From Camelus ferus (lineage: Eukaryota): 64,000 nucleotides of DNA. The position numbers and the translations under genes are program-made. Each line of letters starts with the position of its first letter. Positions within the stretch are counted from its first letter, which is position 1. The notes below the pieces were generated by a model. The model worked only from the letters and a program-made list of their open reading frames with translations, did not search any database and was not told the origin of the DNA. This document shows positions 1-12,454 of the stretch, piece by piece. The stretch spans positions 117,678,001 to 117,742,000 of the forward strand of contig NC_045696.1 in the NCBI RefSeq assembly GCF_009834535.1. Reading direction: 5' to 3'.

Positions 1-623
1 TTTTTTTCATTCTCATTGTTACATGGTTTTTAAAAAAAAAAAAAGGAAAGAAAATGTGAAACACAGTTTAGTCCTCATTATTTATTTGTAGATCCTGCAA
101 CATCATATTGTAATTAATTTTTTGGAAGTTTCCGTTAAATGTAATATTGCTTCTCTTGTTACCATACTGATTCTTTTCTATTTATAAATGTATTTTGATG
201 GGCAGTAAAACAAAGTGTCTTAAAAGTTTTAAATAGATAAAATGTGCTTTACACAGTTGCCTATAAAAAGTGCTCTATGTTATCCAAGCAATTCATACTA
301 TAAGCTTCACTCTTATTGTTGTATGCAATTTTTACTATCATGCAAATAAGCTTAGATAAATAAAACTAATAGATCACCTTAGAAAATTATGCAATTAATG
401 TGAAAATAATTGATGTTTGCAATGTGTCTTCCTTTGGTTTACAATCAATTTTAAAGCTACATCTGTATAAAATTTCTGTATAAAGGTGTATTTCTTTTTT
501 ATGAGTTTATGGCTATGAAAACACCAGCTATTTTGTTACAGCTGGCTGTTTTTATAAGTGTATCACAATTTTCTTTATGCAGAAATGTTCTGATTAGGAG
601 TGGTTATTGACTGTAACTACACA

Positions 624-680
624 ATTAAAATTGTTTGTATGGTATGACATGGTAGGGTTTGTCTGCTTATGTGAAGTAAC
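624..680 (+). terminator. Candidate polyadenylation site (ATTAAA plus downstream GU/U-rich element)
   Basis: ATTAAA at 624-629, TGTA motifs upstream, and GT-rich sequence (ttgtttgtatggtatg...gggtttgtctg) directly downstream. Confidence 0.55.
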
Positions 681-2030
681 TTTCAGAAGTCCAAGATGGC
701 CCACTCAGTTAGATGCATGGTAATACTTTCTTGATGATATTTTACTGATTTTAAAAAGAGCAATTGAAAAGTCACTTGAAACACTGTAAATTTAACTCAC
801 AAACATGCTCTTTTTTTTTTTTTTTTTTTTTTTTAACAATAAGGACGATAACCTGTTTTTGGTTACTATCTTAATAAACAGAGATAGCAGAATGGTCAAA
901 TGACTCGCCAGCAAAGATATCAATTCAGTCTCCAGCAGACGCATGCTTAGAATGGATTCATCTGCAGTGACTTCACAATGCTTCCATCATGGCAGCATTT
1001 TTTCAAGCTAACAGAAATATTTTTAAAGGCTATTAATAGTAAAAATAAGTAGGGGAAAAAATGGACTGTGTGTAAAAAGTAAGCAGTGTAATTTTTTTAA
1101 GTTGTAAATGGAATATAAGTTAATAACTTGGAGCTCATTTGGTTGTGTTATGTCATAACTATATGAACTCCATGAAGGAAATAAGAATAACACACCTGGA
1201 ATTCAAGCAGGATCTTCAAAATTTTTGCAACGTAAAACTCAGTAAACTCCAGGATACAAGATGAGGTGGGCTAACGGTCCTGGAAAGGATTGAGACCAGT
1301 GTTGCAGTTTTTGCTTATTATTATTAGGTTTATACCCACTTTTTATTTTTTGCTGCTGCTTTTTACGATTTCCTCCTTGTTACAGGGTGTCTGAGTTCCT
1401 CGGCACTTAGCTCTGAAATCACCCATTTTCTTCCTGCCTGTCTTTTCCCTAAGCCCTGCTGAGCTCATTGGCAGGCAACTGGGCTGCTTTAATGTTGAAC
1501 TTCAGAAACGAAAATAGGGTCACTGAAAACTCCCAATTTGGCTTTAAAAGTCACTATTTTACTTTCGAAGCACAGCTGAACTACTCTGAAGACAGCTGTT
1601 TGGCTGTAAACTTGATATGGGAAAAGTTTTCGGTTTTGTTTTTTTTTTTAATTAGATGAGAAAGCAACTTTTAAACATTCTTGTGTATGACTAGAGTTCA
1701 GAAAATCATTTCAGCAAAAGGAATTTGAGTTAAAAACTAGATTTTATATATTAATAAATAGAAACTAGTATGCCATGATTTTTTTTTTTTAATCTGTCTT
1801 CTTTTCTCTGAGTTTAAGGGGAAAGACTAGAACAGAGAATATAGTTTTTTATTGTTTTAAACCAGCACAATGCCTAACATAACGTGTCTGAAATTTAATA
1901 CCCTTTTTAGGAGAATTTGAGTTGTCAATAAGATTCCCCACTCCCAGGAACCTAACTTCTTTGGAGATAACGTTTTCAATGAATTGTTAAGTATGTATGT
2001 GTAAGAAATCAACATGGTGATACTAAGAAA

Positions 2031-2036
2031 AATAAA
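2031..2036 (+). terminator. Candidate distal poly(A) signal AATAAA
   Basis: AATAAA preceded by TGTA-containing gtatgtatgtgtaag (~1991-2005). Confidence 0.35.
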
Positions 2037-4507
2037 ACGCTCACTTAGCCCCTTTAACTTAAGCAGCATAATCTTGTTAATATGATATTTTAAACCAAAA
2101 AAGCACATGTCAGTAAACAACGATGGTCATGATGGAGTGAGCAAAATTGTTTTCAGGGAAGACGACGCATTTTGCAAAAGATTTGTCTGGGGAACCCTCC
2201 ACGTTGCTCTCCCAACGTCATTTTTTGCTCATACCAGTCCCAGTGTTGCCAGTGGCTGTGGAAAAAATTCCTTGAACAAGCTGCCTTGTGTCCAAGTATT
2301 TCAGAGACTTTTAAAAGCGGGGCATGACATAGCGCTTCGTGCTGTTAAGACCTTAGCAGAGTCAGGTAGTTTACGGGTAATATTCAACCTTGGGCATCTG
2401 AATCTGTCATGGATTCCTTCCCTCAGCACTTTGCCACTAATTTGTATTACACTCTGTGGCCATATAATACTTGCACATTATGCAAAAAATAATGTTGATA
2501 GTATCTCCTTGGCGCGTAATATGCAGAGTTGACATATAACCTTTGAGAACCAAGGTAACTAATATGCGTGCCCTACTTGCGTGGCACTTGGTTACAAAGT
2601 CTGTACATATTATATATAAAATGTGTATCTATTAACATTTAGTCCTAAGGAATTCTGAGCTGAAAAGAGGTGTTTTTTTTTTCTCTCCAAGTAGTGATAA
2701 CTATATCTAACTGTGCTTATCTAAAATTTGTAGCTTGAGAAGAGAACATTTTCACATGGTTCAAGATGGACTGAAAATGACAATCCCATAATTCCATTAT
2801 TAAAGTCTTCCCTATTCCATATTGTTACCATTGGCTGATCTTAAGGTCCTTGATTGTCACGATATTATCAATAAATGAGGTATTCTGGACTGCCTGGTGA
2901 TATTTTCAAAAAGAGCATTTAAAATGTGTCTCCCCTATTATGTAGCCAATAGAAATTAGACTATTGTGTTAAAACAAGCCAGGAATTTGCATGATAGTGC
3001 GGAAACCAATGGAGGTCCAAAAACATTAATCCTATCTAAAATACCAGAAGATACTGATATGGTAACTTACCTTACAGAGAAATTTTTTACTTCTTAAAGG
3101 AGCATATTATGGATTTAACATTTCTTCTGAGGCAATTCATTTAATGTAAATATTAAATACTTGCATGTCTCTTGACAAAGGCTAAACTACAGTCTGTTAA
3201 CGTACTACACATTTTTTGATAAAATACAAAGAAACATGGTGGAAGGTGTATGTTCAGGATACTACTACGTGTTTAGTAATACCAAATGTTAAATAAAAAT
3301 AGTTTGGAATTCATGTTTCAAAGATGAGCCACATTTTTAAGCCTTCCTTACTTTACCTCCCTATGTGGATCGTATGTACATCCACATTTAATTTTACCAA
3401 AATAAGTCTACAAAAGTTCCATTTTGGTTTCTTGCCCTATATCAAGGTTCATGTATGAAGTCACCTTCTATCAACTGTCAACTGGGAAGATCCCTCTTGT
3501 GATCCAAAGCACGTGACTTGGGCCGTGGTCTCCGGTCCTCGTTGATGAGGTGATTAAGGAGCAGCAGAGCCCTACGTTATTTTTGCTGCCTGGTAAAGAA
3601 AATACGGAGAAACTCTAAAGTGACAGATTTGGCACCAAGTTAAATGTTGAACATTATTTCTTTACTCTCAGTTGCATTAATTTTTACTGTTCTTGAATAT
3701 TCTCTTTTTATGGTATTCAAATTAGTTTTCATCACAGTGGCAGTCTCTGATTCATGCCCCTAAGCCTCTCAGAAAGCGTGTCCCCTGGACTGCTGATTTT
3801 CTAGTCACAAAAGAACCAACAGTAGCTGTTAAATGAGAATGTTGAGAAGGTTCAAATATTTAAATGTGGGCATTAATTCACTGAGTCTGTGGCAATGGGA
3901 TGCAAAGCAAGCATTCGTCCAGCGTGTAAACCCATCCAACAGCATCTTAATGCCAGATGGGTTCGCCTACTCCACCTTTTGTTTTCAATTTTAATTTCCA
4001 AATATTTGTTCCACCAGACAAAGCATACAAAGGCTTCTGACTTTCTGAGGTCCCATCCCTAGAATTGCCCTCAAAGATGCTTCAAATGATAGCAACATTT
4101 GTAGAACGCTTCGTTTTCCAAGACACTGCTTGTAAAGCACTACCACAAATACATCTGCACTCTACTGTGGGTTCTTCCAAAATGCCCACTTCAGCGACAA
4201 GGGAGGGGAGACTCAAATAGGGTAACTGATTTGTTCAGCTTGTGAACAAAAAATACTGCAAACCGTATCAGTAAACAAAGAATGCTGAAGCCATCAAGTC
4301 ATCAGAGGCTGCCCCCCAGCAGTGCAGCCCGGCCTCTGCACCCACTCACAGTGGTGCACCCTGAGGGGACTCAGAATAAGAAAGGACAGGATACTAGCCC
4401 TAGATAGCTAGGTGCTTGTCAAAGGAATGAATTCAATGAGCTCAAATGTTTGCTTCCTCCACATAGAATAGCACTAAATTCTTTAACTTGAGATGCCTGG
4501 TTTTCTT

Positions 4508-4720
4508 TAGTTAACAAGTAATTTTTTAATGTTCCAACTACGTGGTCTTTGTTGTGAAACTCCAGTATATCCTAGCCTCTCCCCTACCTCTTCAGAGCAG
4601 TCCCTCAAAGCCCTCTGAGATGCTGTCATCGGGGGCTCGAAGGGATTCGAGTCCTCAGAAATGCCCACCAAATAAAACATAACTTTCAACTTTTAAGCTG
4701 TGCATTTATTTCAGTCGACA
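4508..4720 (+). mobile_element. ERV1-class LTR, 3' part (MER34/MER39-like)
   Basis: TATA-like gtatatcc, AATAAA at 4671-4676, and a terminal ...tcagtcgaCA typical of this LTR group. Confidence 0.6.
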
Positions 4721-4984
4721 GGCTGTTAGGTGGACATACTGGTTTCAAACCCAAGTCTTATATCTACAAATTTCTATCTCTGTTTTCTCCTTAATGAAAG
4801 TTTTTTAAATGCAGAAAAAATTTAATGCAACTCAAATTTTTCAGAAATATGATGTAACATTTTACTAATATGAAAAAGTCCATCCCTAAGTAATTGAAAT
4901 TGAAGTCAACTGAATGAAAAATTAACCCCCAAACTCTGCCATCCTGGTGTAAAATCCATATGCATACATCCCAAATTTTTAAAA

Positions 4985-5092
4985 ACATACCTTTTATTAC
5001 AGGAATTTTCAAATACACACAAAAAAGTAGAATAGCATAATGAACCCCCAAGAATTCAGCACCCAGTTCAACAACTGTAACATTTTTCTAGT
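4985..5092 (-). mobile_element. Ancient L1 (L1ME-type) 3' end fragment
   Basis: aaatacacacaaaaaagtagaatagcataatgaacccc...cccagttcaaca resembles antisense L1ME 3' ends. Confidence 0.5.
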
Positions 5093-8000
5093 AATAAATA
5101 CTTTGTGAAACTTGTTAGAATTCTGATGAAGCTTATGAAAATATCCAAACTGTTTAGTGGCTTTTGCCCATCATGATGTTATGACATCGTCTCGCTTTTG
5201 CAAAGTAATGAATTTTCTGATTTCCAGAGAAAATACTAAAGCCTGAAGTGTTTCTCAGGGCGCTCTGAGAATTTCAAAAAGCCAATTTTAGAAAGAAAAC
5301 CTGCGAGAATTCCACAAATATTTGTAACATTAAAAAAATAGAGACAAACCAGCCGCTCTTTATTTATAAACAATACGTGCTTTCATATCATTGTTGAAAC
5401 TAAAGTACATAATTTTCAGTTATGCATAATAAAATATGTAATTAAGCAACATTCCATGGTGGATTAAAGAATTAAAAGCTTCAGGTGCAGAAAAGAATTT
5501 GTTGGCATTTTCTTTTTCAAGGTGGTATTTTGAGGTGTTACTTTTCATTTTCCTTTGACATCTTATACACAAATAAATAGACAGGAACAGGTGAGAAGCA
5601 GAGAAACGAAGAATTGGCTCTACTACAATGGACCTGAAAAAAAAAGAGCGTGGTGGAGTGTTTGCAACATGCCCGTGAAGGCAAAATTAAAAAGGACAGA
5701 AAGCTCCTTAGCCTGGGGAGAAAAAAAAAAAATCTCTAAACAGGGGTATGCGCTTCAAGAAAAAGAAATAACACACAAAGTGCATTCAGTAAGTCCTCTA
5801 TTTCAAACTACATTAAATGAATTCCCACTCCAATGGGTACAGTCCAGTGAACTTCTTTTTCAAATGAAAAACTACATCTAATTAATAATTCTGTGCTATA
5901 AACACTGCAGTTCACAGAGGCGTCTGGCATGCATCCTATTTTTAAAAAAGGGTAATACATCAAATAAAATCAAACCGCTCAAATGTCAGAATGTGTCAGG
6001 ATGACTCTGAGAATAAATTACTCTACTGAACATCTAAGAAAGAAAATAATAAAGAGGTGAAGCTCCATCTAGCATTAGTAGAACTTTCGACCCATATCTA
6101 CAGTTTTTCGTGCGATGCTTAAACTACGGTTACAATCAACCATGTAAGAACAAGTAAATTCAGTATCGTGTGTTTGTATTACTCAAATCCTGCCACGGGA
6201 ATATGCATTTGAAAGTAAATGAATGAATAAATGAGATCAGACCAGTCAGAAGAGGTGTTGGGTGTAGAGTAGGAAATGAATGCCATATCCCACGGACAGT
6301 TCTCTTGGTGACACATTTTAAATGGACATTTGTCAAGAGGCTTTTGTTAGCATCCCATGGTCCTGCTGAAATACGGCATGATTGTATTGTTTGTGTGTGT
6401 GTGTGTTCTACCCCCATCTTATTACAAAAAGAATTTGCGAAGGCTTTCATATATACTATAATAACATAGGAGAAAAAAGAAAACAAAATTAATCCAAAAC
6501 TTGGATAGGAAATAACACAAAATGAAAGGTATGTCTGACACACAGAAATGCGTATCATGAGAGCCTGTACAATTTATGAGTATGGGCTACCAAAGGATTT
6601 AACAGCTTTGTTGAGGTATAATTGATACACCATAAACTGTATGATATTTCAAGTATCCAGTTTGGTAAGTTTTGACATAATGTCAAATACAAATATGACA
6701 GACACACACACACAACTGGGAACAAAATGAACACACCCAGCATCCCAGTAGTTTCCTTGTCCCCTTTTGTAATATTTCCTCCCTCCCACCTTTCCCATCT
6801 TCATCTCTCACCGTCCCCATGAAACCACCGATCTGCTTTCTGTCGCTGTAGGTGAGTTTGCATGGTCTAGAATTTTATATAAATAGAATAATTCAGAGTG
6901 TACTCACTTTTTTCTGGCTTCTTTCACAAAGCATGATTATTTTCAGATTCATCCATGCTCATTCTATGTATTATTGCAAAATATTGCCTTTTGTGGACAT
7001 AGTGCAGTTTGTTTATCCAGTAAGCGTTTGATGGATATTTGGGTTGTTTCCAGTTTGGGGCTGTTACGGATAAAGATGCTATGAGCACGTATAGACATGC
7101 CTTTGTATAGGCAGATTGCTTTTCTCTTGGGTGAATCCCTAGGAGTAAAATAACTTCTCGCATTATAAGTATTAGTTTAACCTTATAAGAAACTGACAAA
7201 CTGTTTTCCAAACGCATTGTACTGTTTTACGTTTCCAGCAGCAGTTTCTGAGAGTTCCTGTTACTTCAATTCTTGTCAACACATGACAGGGTCAGTGTTT
7301 TTCATTTTAAACTTTCTCAGTGGGGTGTAGTGATATCTCCTTGTGATTTTAAATTGCATTTCTGTAGTAAGTTGCATTTCTGTAATTGAATATCTTTTTA
7401 TATGATTTGCTATTTATATATCTTGCTTTAAGAACTGTCTGTTCTTTTACCTCTTTTTTTATTAGGTTGTTCGTTTTCTTATTGTTGAGTTTTGAGTGTC
7501 TTTTATATGTTATGGTTACAAGTCCTTTGTCAGATTCATGATTTGCAAATATTTTCTGTCAGTCTCTGGCTTATATTTTTATTCTCTGAACAGTGTCCTT
7601 TAAACAACAGGAAAAATTCTTGATTTTGAAGACATCCAATTTAACAATTTCTTTCTTTTAAAGGTTGTGCTTTCAGTGTTGTATGTAAGTAATATTTGCC
7701 TAATTGAAGGTCACAGGATTTACATTTAAAACTATGATCCATTTTGAGTTAATTTTTTGTATATGGTGCAAAGTATCAAGGTACGCATCAAAATTGTTTT
7801 TTCTTTTCTTTTTTAAAAAAAAAAATGTATTTCCAATTGTTCCAGTACCATTTGTTTAAAAGACTATTCTTTCTCCGTTGAATTGCCTTTGCCCCTTTGT
7901 CAAAAATCAGCTGACCATACACGAGTCATTTCTGGGCTTTCCATTTTGTTTTGTCGCTCTATCAACCTTTCCACTAAGACCACACGGTCTTGATTACTAT

Positions 8001-8582
8001 AACTTTCTAATAAGCCTGCAGGCAACCTACGTCTTCTAACTTCATTCTTCTTCTAAGTCATTTGGATGGTTCTGGGTCTTTTCATTTCCCTGTGAATTTT
8101 AGATGCAGTTTGTCAATTTCTACAAAAAAAAAAAAATGCTGGATTAGGACTGGGATTGCTTCGACTCCATAGATCATTTTGGGAAGAATGGACATTCTAA
8201 CAATACTGACTCTTTAGACTTGTGAACACAATATAGCTCTTCATTTATTCAGGGCTTCTTTCATTTCTGCAGCAATGTTTTAACATTTTTATTGTCCAGT
8301 TCTAGCATGGTTGTCAGATTTCTCGCTAAATGGTTTCATATTTTTTATTCCAGGGCATAGGATATATTTTTTACATTTTGACTTCCAATGACTTATTCTT
8401 AGTATATAGAAACACAATTGTTTTTTCTTTTTTTGTATATTTATATTTTATCCTGCAACCTAGCCTAAACTCACTTCATAGTTCTAGCAGCATTTCTGCA
8501 GATTCCGTCAGGTTTTCTACACAGACCATCATGTCCTCCACAAACAAAGACAGTTTTATTTCTTCTTTCCCATCTCAATGCC

Positions 8583-8640
8583 TTTCTTTCTTTCTTTCTT
8601 TCCTTCTTCTTTCTTTCTTTCCTTTCTTTCTTTCCCTTCT

Positions 8641-8681
<41 letters not shown>

Positions 8682-8740
8682 TTTCTTTCTTTCTTTCTTT
8701 CTTTTCTTTCTGTGTTCTTTTTCTTTTTTTTTACTTTTTT
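8583..8740. repeat. (TTTC)n microsatellite, probably derived from the poly(A) tail of the adjacent L1
   Basis: Visible tetranucleotide array lying between the left TSD and the L1 3' end. Confidence 0.95.
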
Positions 8741-9687
8741 TTATTGAGTTATAGTCATTTTACAATGTTGTGTCAAATTCCAGTGTAGAGCACAATTTTT
8801 CAGTTATCCATGAACATATATATATTCATTGTCACATTTTTTTTCACGGTGAGCTACAATAAGATCTTGTATGTATTTCCCTGTGCTATGCTGTATAATC
8901 TTGTTTATCTGTTCTATATTTTGAAGTCCCAGTCTGTCCCTTCCCATCCCCTGCCCCCTTGGCAACCAGAAGTTTGTATTCTGTATCTATGAGTCTGTTT
9001 CTGTTTTGTATTTATGTTTTGTTTTTTTTAGATTCCACATATGAGCAATCTCATATGGTATTTTTCTTTCTCTTTCTGGCTTACTTCACTTAGAATCACA
9101 TTCTCTAGGAACATCCATGTTGCTGCAAATGGCATTATGTTGTCAGTTTTTATGGCTGAATTGTATTCCATTGTATTAATATACCACATCTTCTTTACTC
9201 AGTCATCTGTTGATGGACATTTAGCCTGTTTCCATGACTTGGCTATTGTAAATAGTGCTGCTATGAACATTGGGGTGCAGGTGTCATTTTGAAGTAGGGT
9301 TCCTTCTGGATATATGCCCAGGAGAAGGATTCCTGGGTCATATGGTAAGTCTATACGACTTAACAAGAAAGAAACAAACAACCCCATCCAAAAATGGGCA
9401 AAAAACCTAAACAAGCAATTCGCCAAGAAAGAAATACAAATGATCAATAGGCGCATGAAAAAATGCTCAAGATCACTAATTATCAGAGAAATGCAAATCA
9501 AAACTGCAATGAGATATCACCTCACACCAGCCAGAATGGCCATCATTCAAAAATCCACAAATGACAAATGCTGGAGAGGCTGTGGAGAAAAGGGAACCCT
9601 CCTCCACTGCTGGTGGGAATGCACTTTGGTGCAGCCACTGTGGAAAACAGTATGGAGATTCCTCAAAAGACTAGGAATAGACTTATA
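8590..9687 (-). mobile_element. Young lineage-specific L1, 5'-truncated with 5' inversion
   Basis: Antisense L1 3' end at ~8735-9354, then a sense ORF2 piece at ~9355-9685 ([15 protein letters not shown]...[19 protein letters not shown]). TSD aatgcctttcttt (8577-8589) / aatgctttcttt (9688-9699). Confidence 0.92.
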
Positions 9688-9792
9688 AATGCTTTCTTTA
9701 GTTTCTTTATTTTATTTTTTAGAATGTCCAGTATGATGTTGGCTAGATAGGCTAAGAGCAAATATCCTTGCCTTGTTCCTGAACTTCATGTG

Positions 9793-9930
9793 TTAGCACT
9801 GTCCTAGGTCCTTTACACGACAAACCCAATCTGCTTCACAACCATAGAAGGGAGACACATTATTATCCTTGTATTATGGAAAATCCAACTGAGGCACAGA
9901 GGGTCTGTGTTACTGGCCGCAGTGGACATA
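9793..9930 (-). mobile_element. MIR SINE fragment
   Basis: Core-like attattatcc...aactgaggcacagagg. Confidence 0.6.
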
Positions 9931-10478
9931 CCTCCAAACATCTCTTTCACCTCTTAAAAGGCAGTTGTTGTTTTCGCCTGGGCACTCACTGTTTTAGCCT
10001 TATTTGCCACAAAGGTGACAGCTTTAACACTCAACTCTCGATTAGGTCGTCAGGCTCAGCCACAAAATTCTGTCTGACCCAGTGAAGTTGAAACATGGAA
10101 AGGGAGTAAGTGGAGGACTGTGCAAAAAAAATAACAAAACACGAAGGGAGGAAAAGGAGCTAGGGAAAGAAGAGGGGCACAGGAAGAGAAGGACGAAGAT
10201 GCTGGGGAGGAAATAGAAAAACCTTGGCCGGTATGTGAGATTACTCAAAGGCAGGGGGGCAAAACTTCTGCAAATTTCCATATTATGAGTAAAAAAAAAA
10301 AATTGGGACTCACACAGCAAACTGACCTCTTTTAGTGGTTCTAGAAACACTGTCTATTTTTAAGTATGGTGCTTGCAATAAGTACCCTAATTTTAGAAAG
10401 GGAAAGATTTTTATATATATAATATAATATATATTATATAATATCAGAGAGGATCAAATGAGTCTCAGTGCCCCAGAT

Positions 10479-10702
10479 CAGAGATCGGTAAACCGCGATC
10501 CATAGGTCAAGTCTATCCTACTGCCTGTATTATAAATAAAGTTTTATTGGCACATAGCCACCATGCTCATGCATTTACCTGTCATCTGTGACTGTTTTGT
10601 GCTACAGCAGTAGAATTAAGAGTGGTTGTGAAAGAGATCATACTCTCAAGTCTAAAATATTTACTCTCTGACCCTTTTCTAGACAACATTTGTCAACCTC
10701 TG
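10479..10702. mobile_element. MER58A-like hAT-Charlie non-autonomous DNA transposon
   Basis: Imperfect TIRs cagagatcggtaaa / tttgtcaacctctg, diagnostic taaataaagttttattgg(c)aca, and a degenerate 8-bp TSD ccccagat / ccctgggt. Confidence 0.8.
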
Positions 10703-11592
10703 CCCTGGGTCGTTAAGCTGTGCCTACATTTGCAAAGGAAAAGAATTAAAGCAATTTTCTGGATAACTTGTGTCAAGACAAAAGAATCATTTTAGCATTT
10801 TTCAGAAGAGTTGGAGCATAGATTAACTAGACAACTCTTTTGTTCTCAATTCCACATTTCACTTGACGTGGATGAAGAACCTGATTCTTTCATTCTACGA
10901 ATTCTCTCATTGGTCTACACGAGACCGGAGATCCTACACCCTGTTGCTCACCAGTAACTGTTCTATAAATTTAGAAAATTATTGACTAGGAATTTCACCC
11001 CTTCTTGATAAACTCAAGAAGTGTTAATATTCTTGGCAAAATTGTTCTTGCGCTAATTGCCGCATCCATCTGCTCTGTGAGATGGATGAGACTCTGAGAG
11101 CATTTGCTCTCTGCTGCCGTCAGCGCTTCCCGGCCCAGCAGAAAGTGAGAGCTGTCTTATTCCTATCCTGAGAAGGGCACAACACCGACACCTGTAAACG
11201 TCTCCTGTGAGGACTAGAGATTAAATTGGCACTTGGCTTGATGGCCCTTGGGGAAATGATTCAGTCTAGAGAGAGTTTTGTTGAGGTAAAGCCAGACAAC
11301 AGGGGTTTAAATGATTTCTTCTTGCATAAAGAACCTTCCCAATTTCAGAAAGGCTGTTTCTGTAGGTCCGGTGGTTGGGTGCCAGGTTCTGGAGAAATGC
11401 AGGAGGAACAAAGGGCCCTGCCTTCATCTCTCTTATCTCTTGGGCTCATGAAACCCACAGAGACTGAATAATGCTGTCAGTGTGTCTAGGGAAAGAAGCT
11501 TCAGAGTCTAAATCTGTCTGGGTTTCAACCCAGTATTCTATTCCTTTATTTATTTAGTGCTAAAAATAAACCTATCACAACAGCCTCTGGGT

Positions 11593-11684
11593 GGAAAGAA
11601 AGAAAGGAAGGAAGGAAGGAAGGAAGGAAGGAAGGAAGGAAGGAAAGTAGGAAGAAAGGAAGGAAGGACAGAAGGAAGGAAGAA
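11593..11684. repeat. (GGAA)n microsatellite
   Basis: 10 perfect GGAA units at 11606-11645 with degenerate purine-rich flanks. Confidence 0.95.
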
Positions 11685-12019
11685 GTATAATAAACATTTA
11701 TCCAAAAATAGCAACAAGCTTCTGCCCTGACAGTGCTTCTCAGGGACCTGATGACTACACCATGTTGGAAAAGTACCCCAGCACCTGGGTGTATGTGGTG
11801 CGATGTCCTACACGAACCAGCTTTTATATGCTCCTTACTGAGGGCCAGGTGGTGTGAGTGTAAAGTCACCATTGCTGGAGAGAGAATCTAGGGCAGGAGT
11901 TTCCACATGCTTGTCTCTCCACCGGTACTTATGTAAAATGGCGTTTCCATTGGACCAGGGTGGGTTGAGAAAAATGAAAAAGACTTGGAGGTAAAATCAA
12001 GTACAGAAAGAAAAAAAAA

Positions 12020-12435
12020 AATGGCCAATGCAGAGATTAAGGAGGGGATAGGAAGGAGAGAGGGTGTGGCTATAAAAAGGTGCCATGATGGAAATGTTCT
12101 ATATCTTGATTGCATCAGTGGCAATGTCTTCCTTGTGATAATTGTGTTATAGTTTTTTTATTGAAGTGTAGTTGATTTACAATGTTAGTTTCAAGAGTAC
12201 AGCAAAGCAATTCAGTTATACATATAAATACATATATATTTTTTCTTTTTAGATTCTTTTCCATTGTAGGTTATTACGAGAAAACTGAATAGAGTTCTGT
12301 GCTATACAGTAGGTCCTGTGCTATAGTTTTTGAGATCTTACCATGGGGGAAAATTGGGTAAAGAATAAGTAGATCTCTTTGTATTATTTCTTACAACTGC
12401 ATATGAATCTAAAATTCTCTCAAAATATAAAGACT
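12020..12435 (+). mobile_element. Old L1 (L1MC/L1MD-type) 3' end, split by a younger L1 tail
   Basis: gatggaaatgttctatatcttgattg ... gatctctttgtattatttcttacaactgcatatgaatct are typical of these 3' ends. Confidence 0.75.
12158..12316 (-). mobile_element. Short artiodactyl-type L1 3' end
   Basis: ttttattgaagtgtagttgatttacaatg...gtgctatacagtaggtcc. 15-bp TSD tgtgttatagttttt (12143-12157) / tgtgctatagttttt (12317-12331). Confidence 0.85.
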
Positions 12436-12454
12436 TATAATAGGACAATAAAGT

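Larger units (their letters stand above)
1..2060 (+). other. Probable distal part of a long 3' UTR of an upstream + strand gene, with tandem poly(A) sites
   Basis: Repeat-free, very AU-rich, many TGTA (CFIm-type) motifs, several poly(A) hexamers (359, 624, 873, 1753, 2031) and no credible ORF. It recalls the TBL1XR1 3' UTR end from memory, but this is unverified, so no symbol is given. The 3' boundary is uncertain (~650 or ~2060). Confidence 0.65.
6597..9790 (-). mobile_element. Old L1 (L1MB/L1MC-type): 3' UTR plus degenerate ORF2, interrupted at 8590-9687 by a younger L1
   Basis: Antisense L1 3' terminus at 6597. ORF 6924..7217 has ORF2 C-terminal-like text (LLGIHPRE...IASLSVTAPNWKQPKYPS). 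L1 sequence resumes at ~9700-9790 after the nested insert. Confidence 0.85.

Noticed and set aside
2107..2532. 141-aa ORF starting with ATG
   Set aside because: No recognisable domain or family, no supporting exon structure, and it lies at the end of a probable 3' UTR. An ORF of this length can arise by chance in 64 kb.
8330..8788. 152-aa hydrophobic F/L/S-rich ORF resembling a membrane protein
   Set aside because: Translation of antisense L1 plus the (TTTC)n microsatellite.
9314..9688. ORF with clear protein homology (also 15721..15936, 22333..23098, 40217..40594)
   Set aside because: C-terminal fragments of L1 ORF2 in truncated insertions; not host genes and not autonomous elements.
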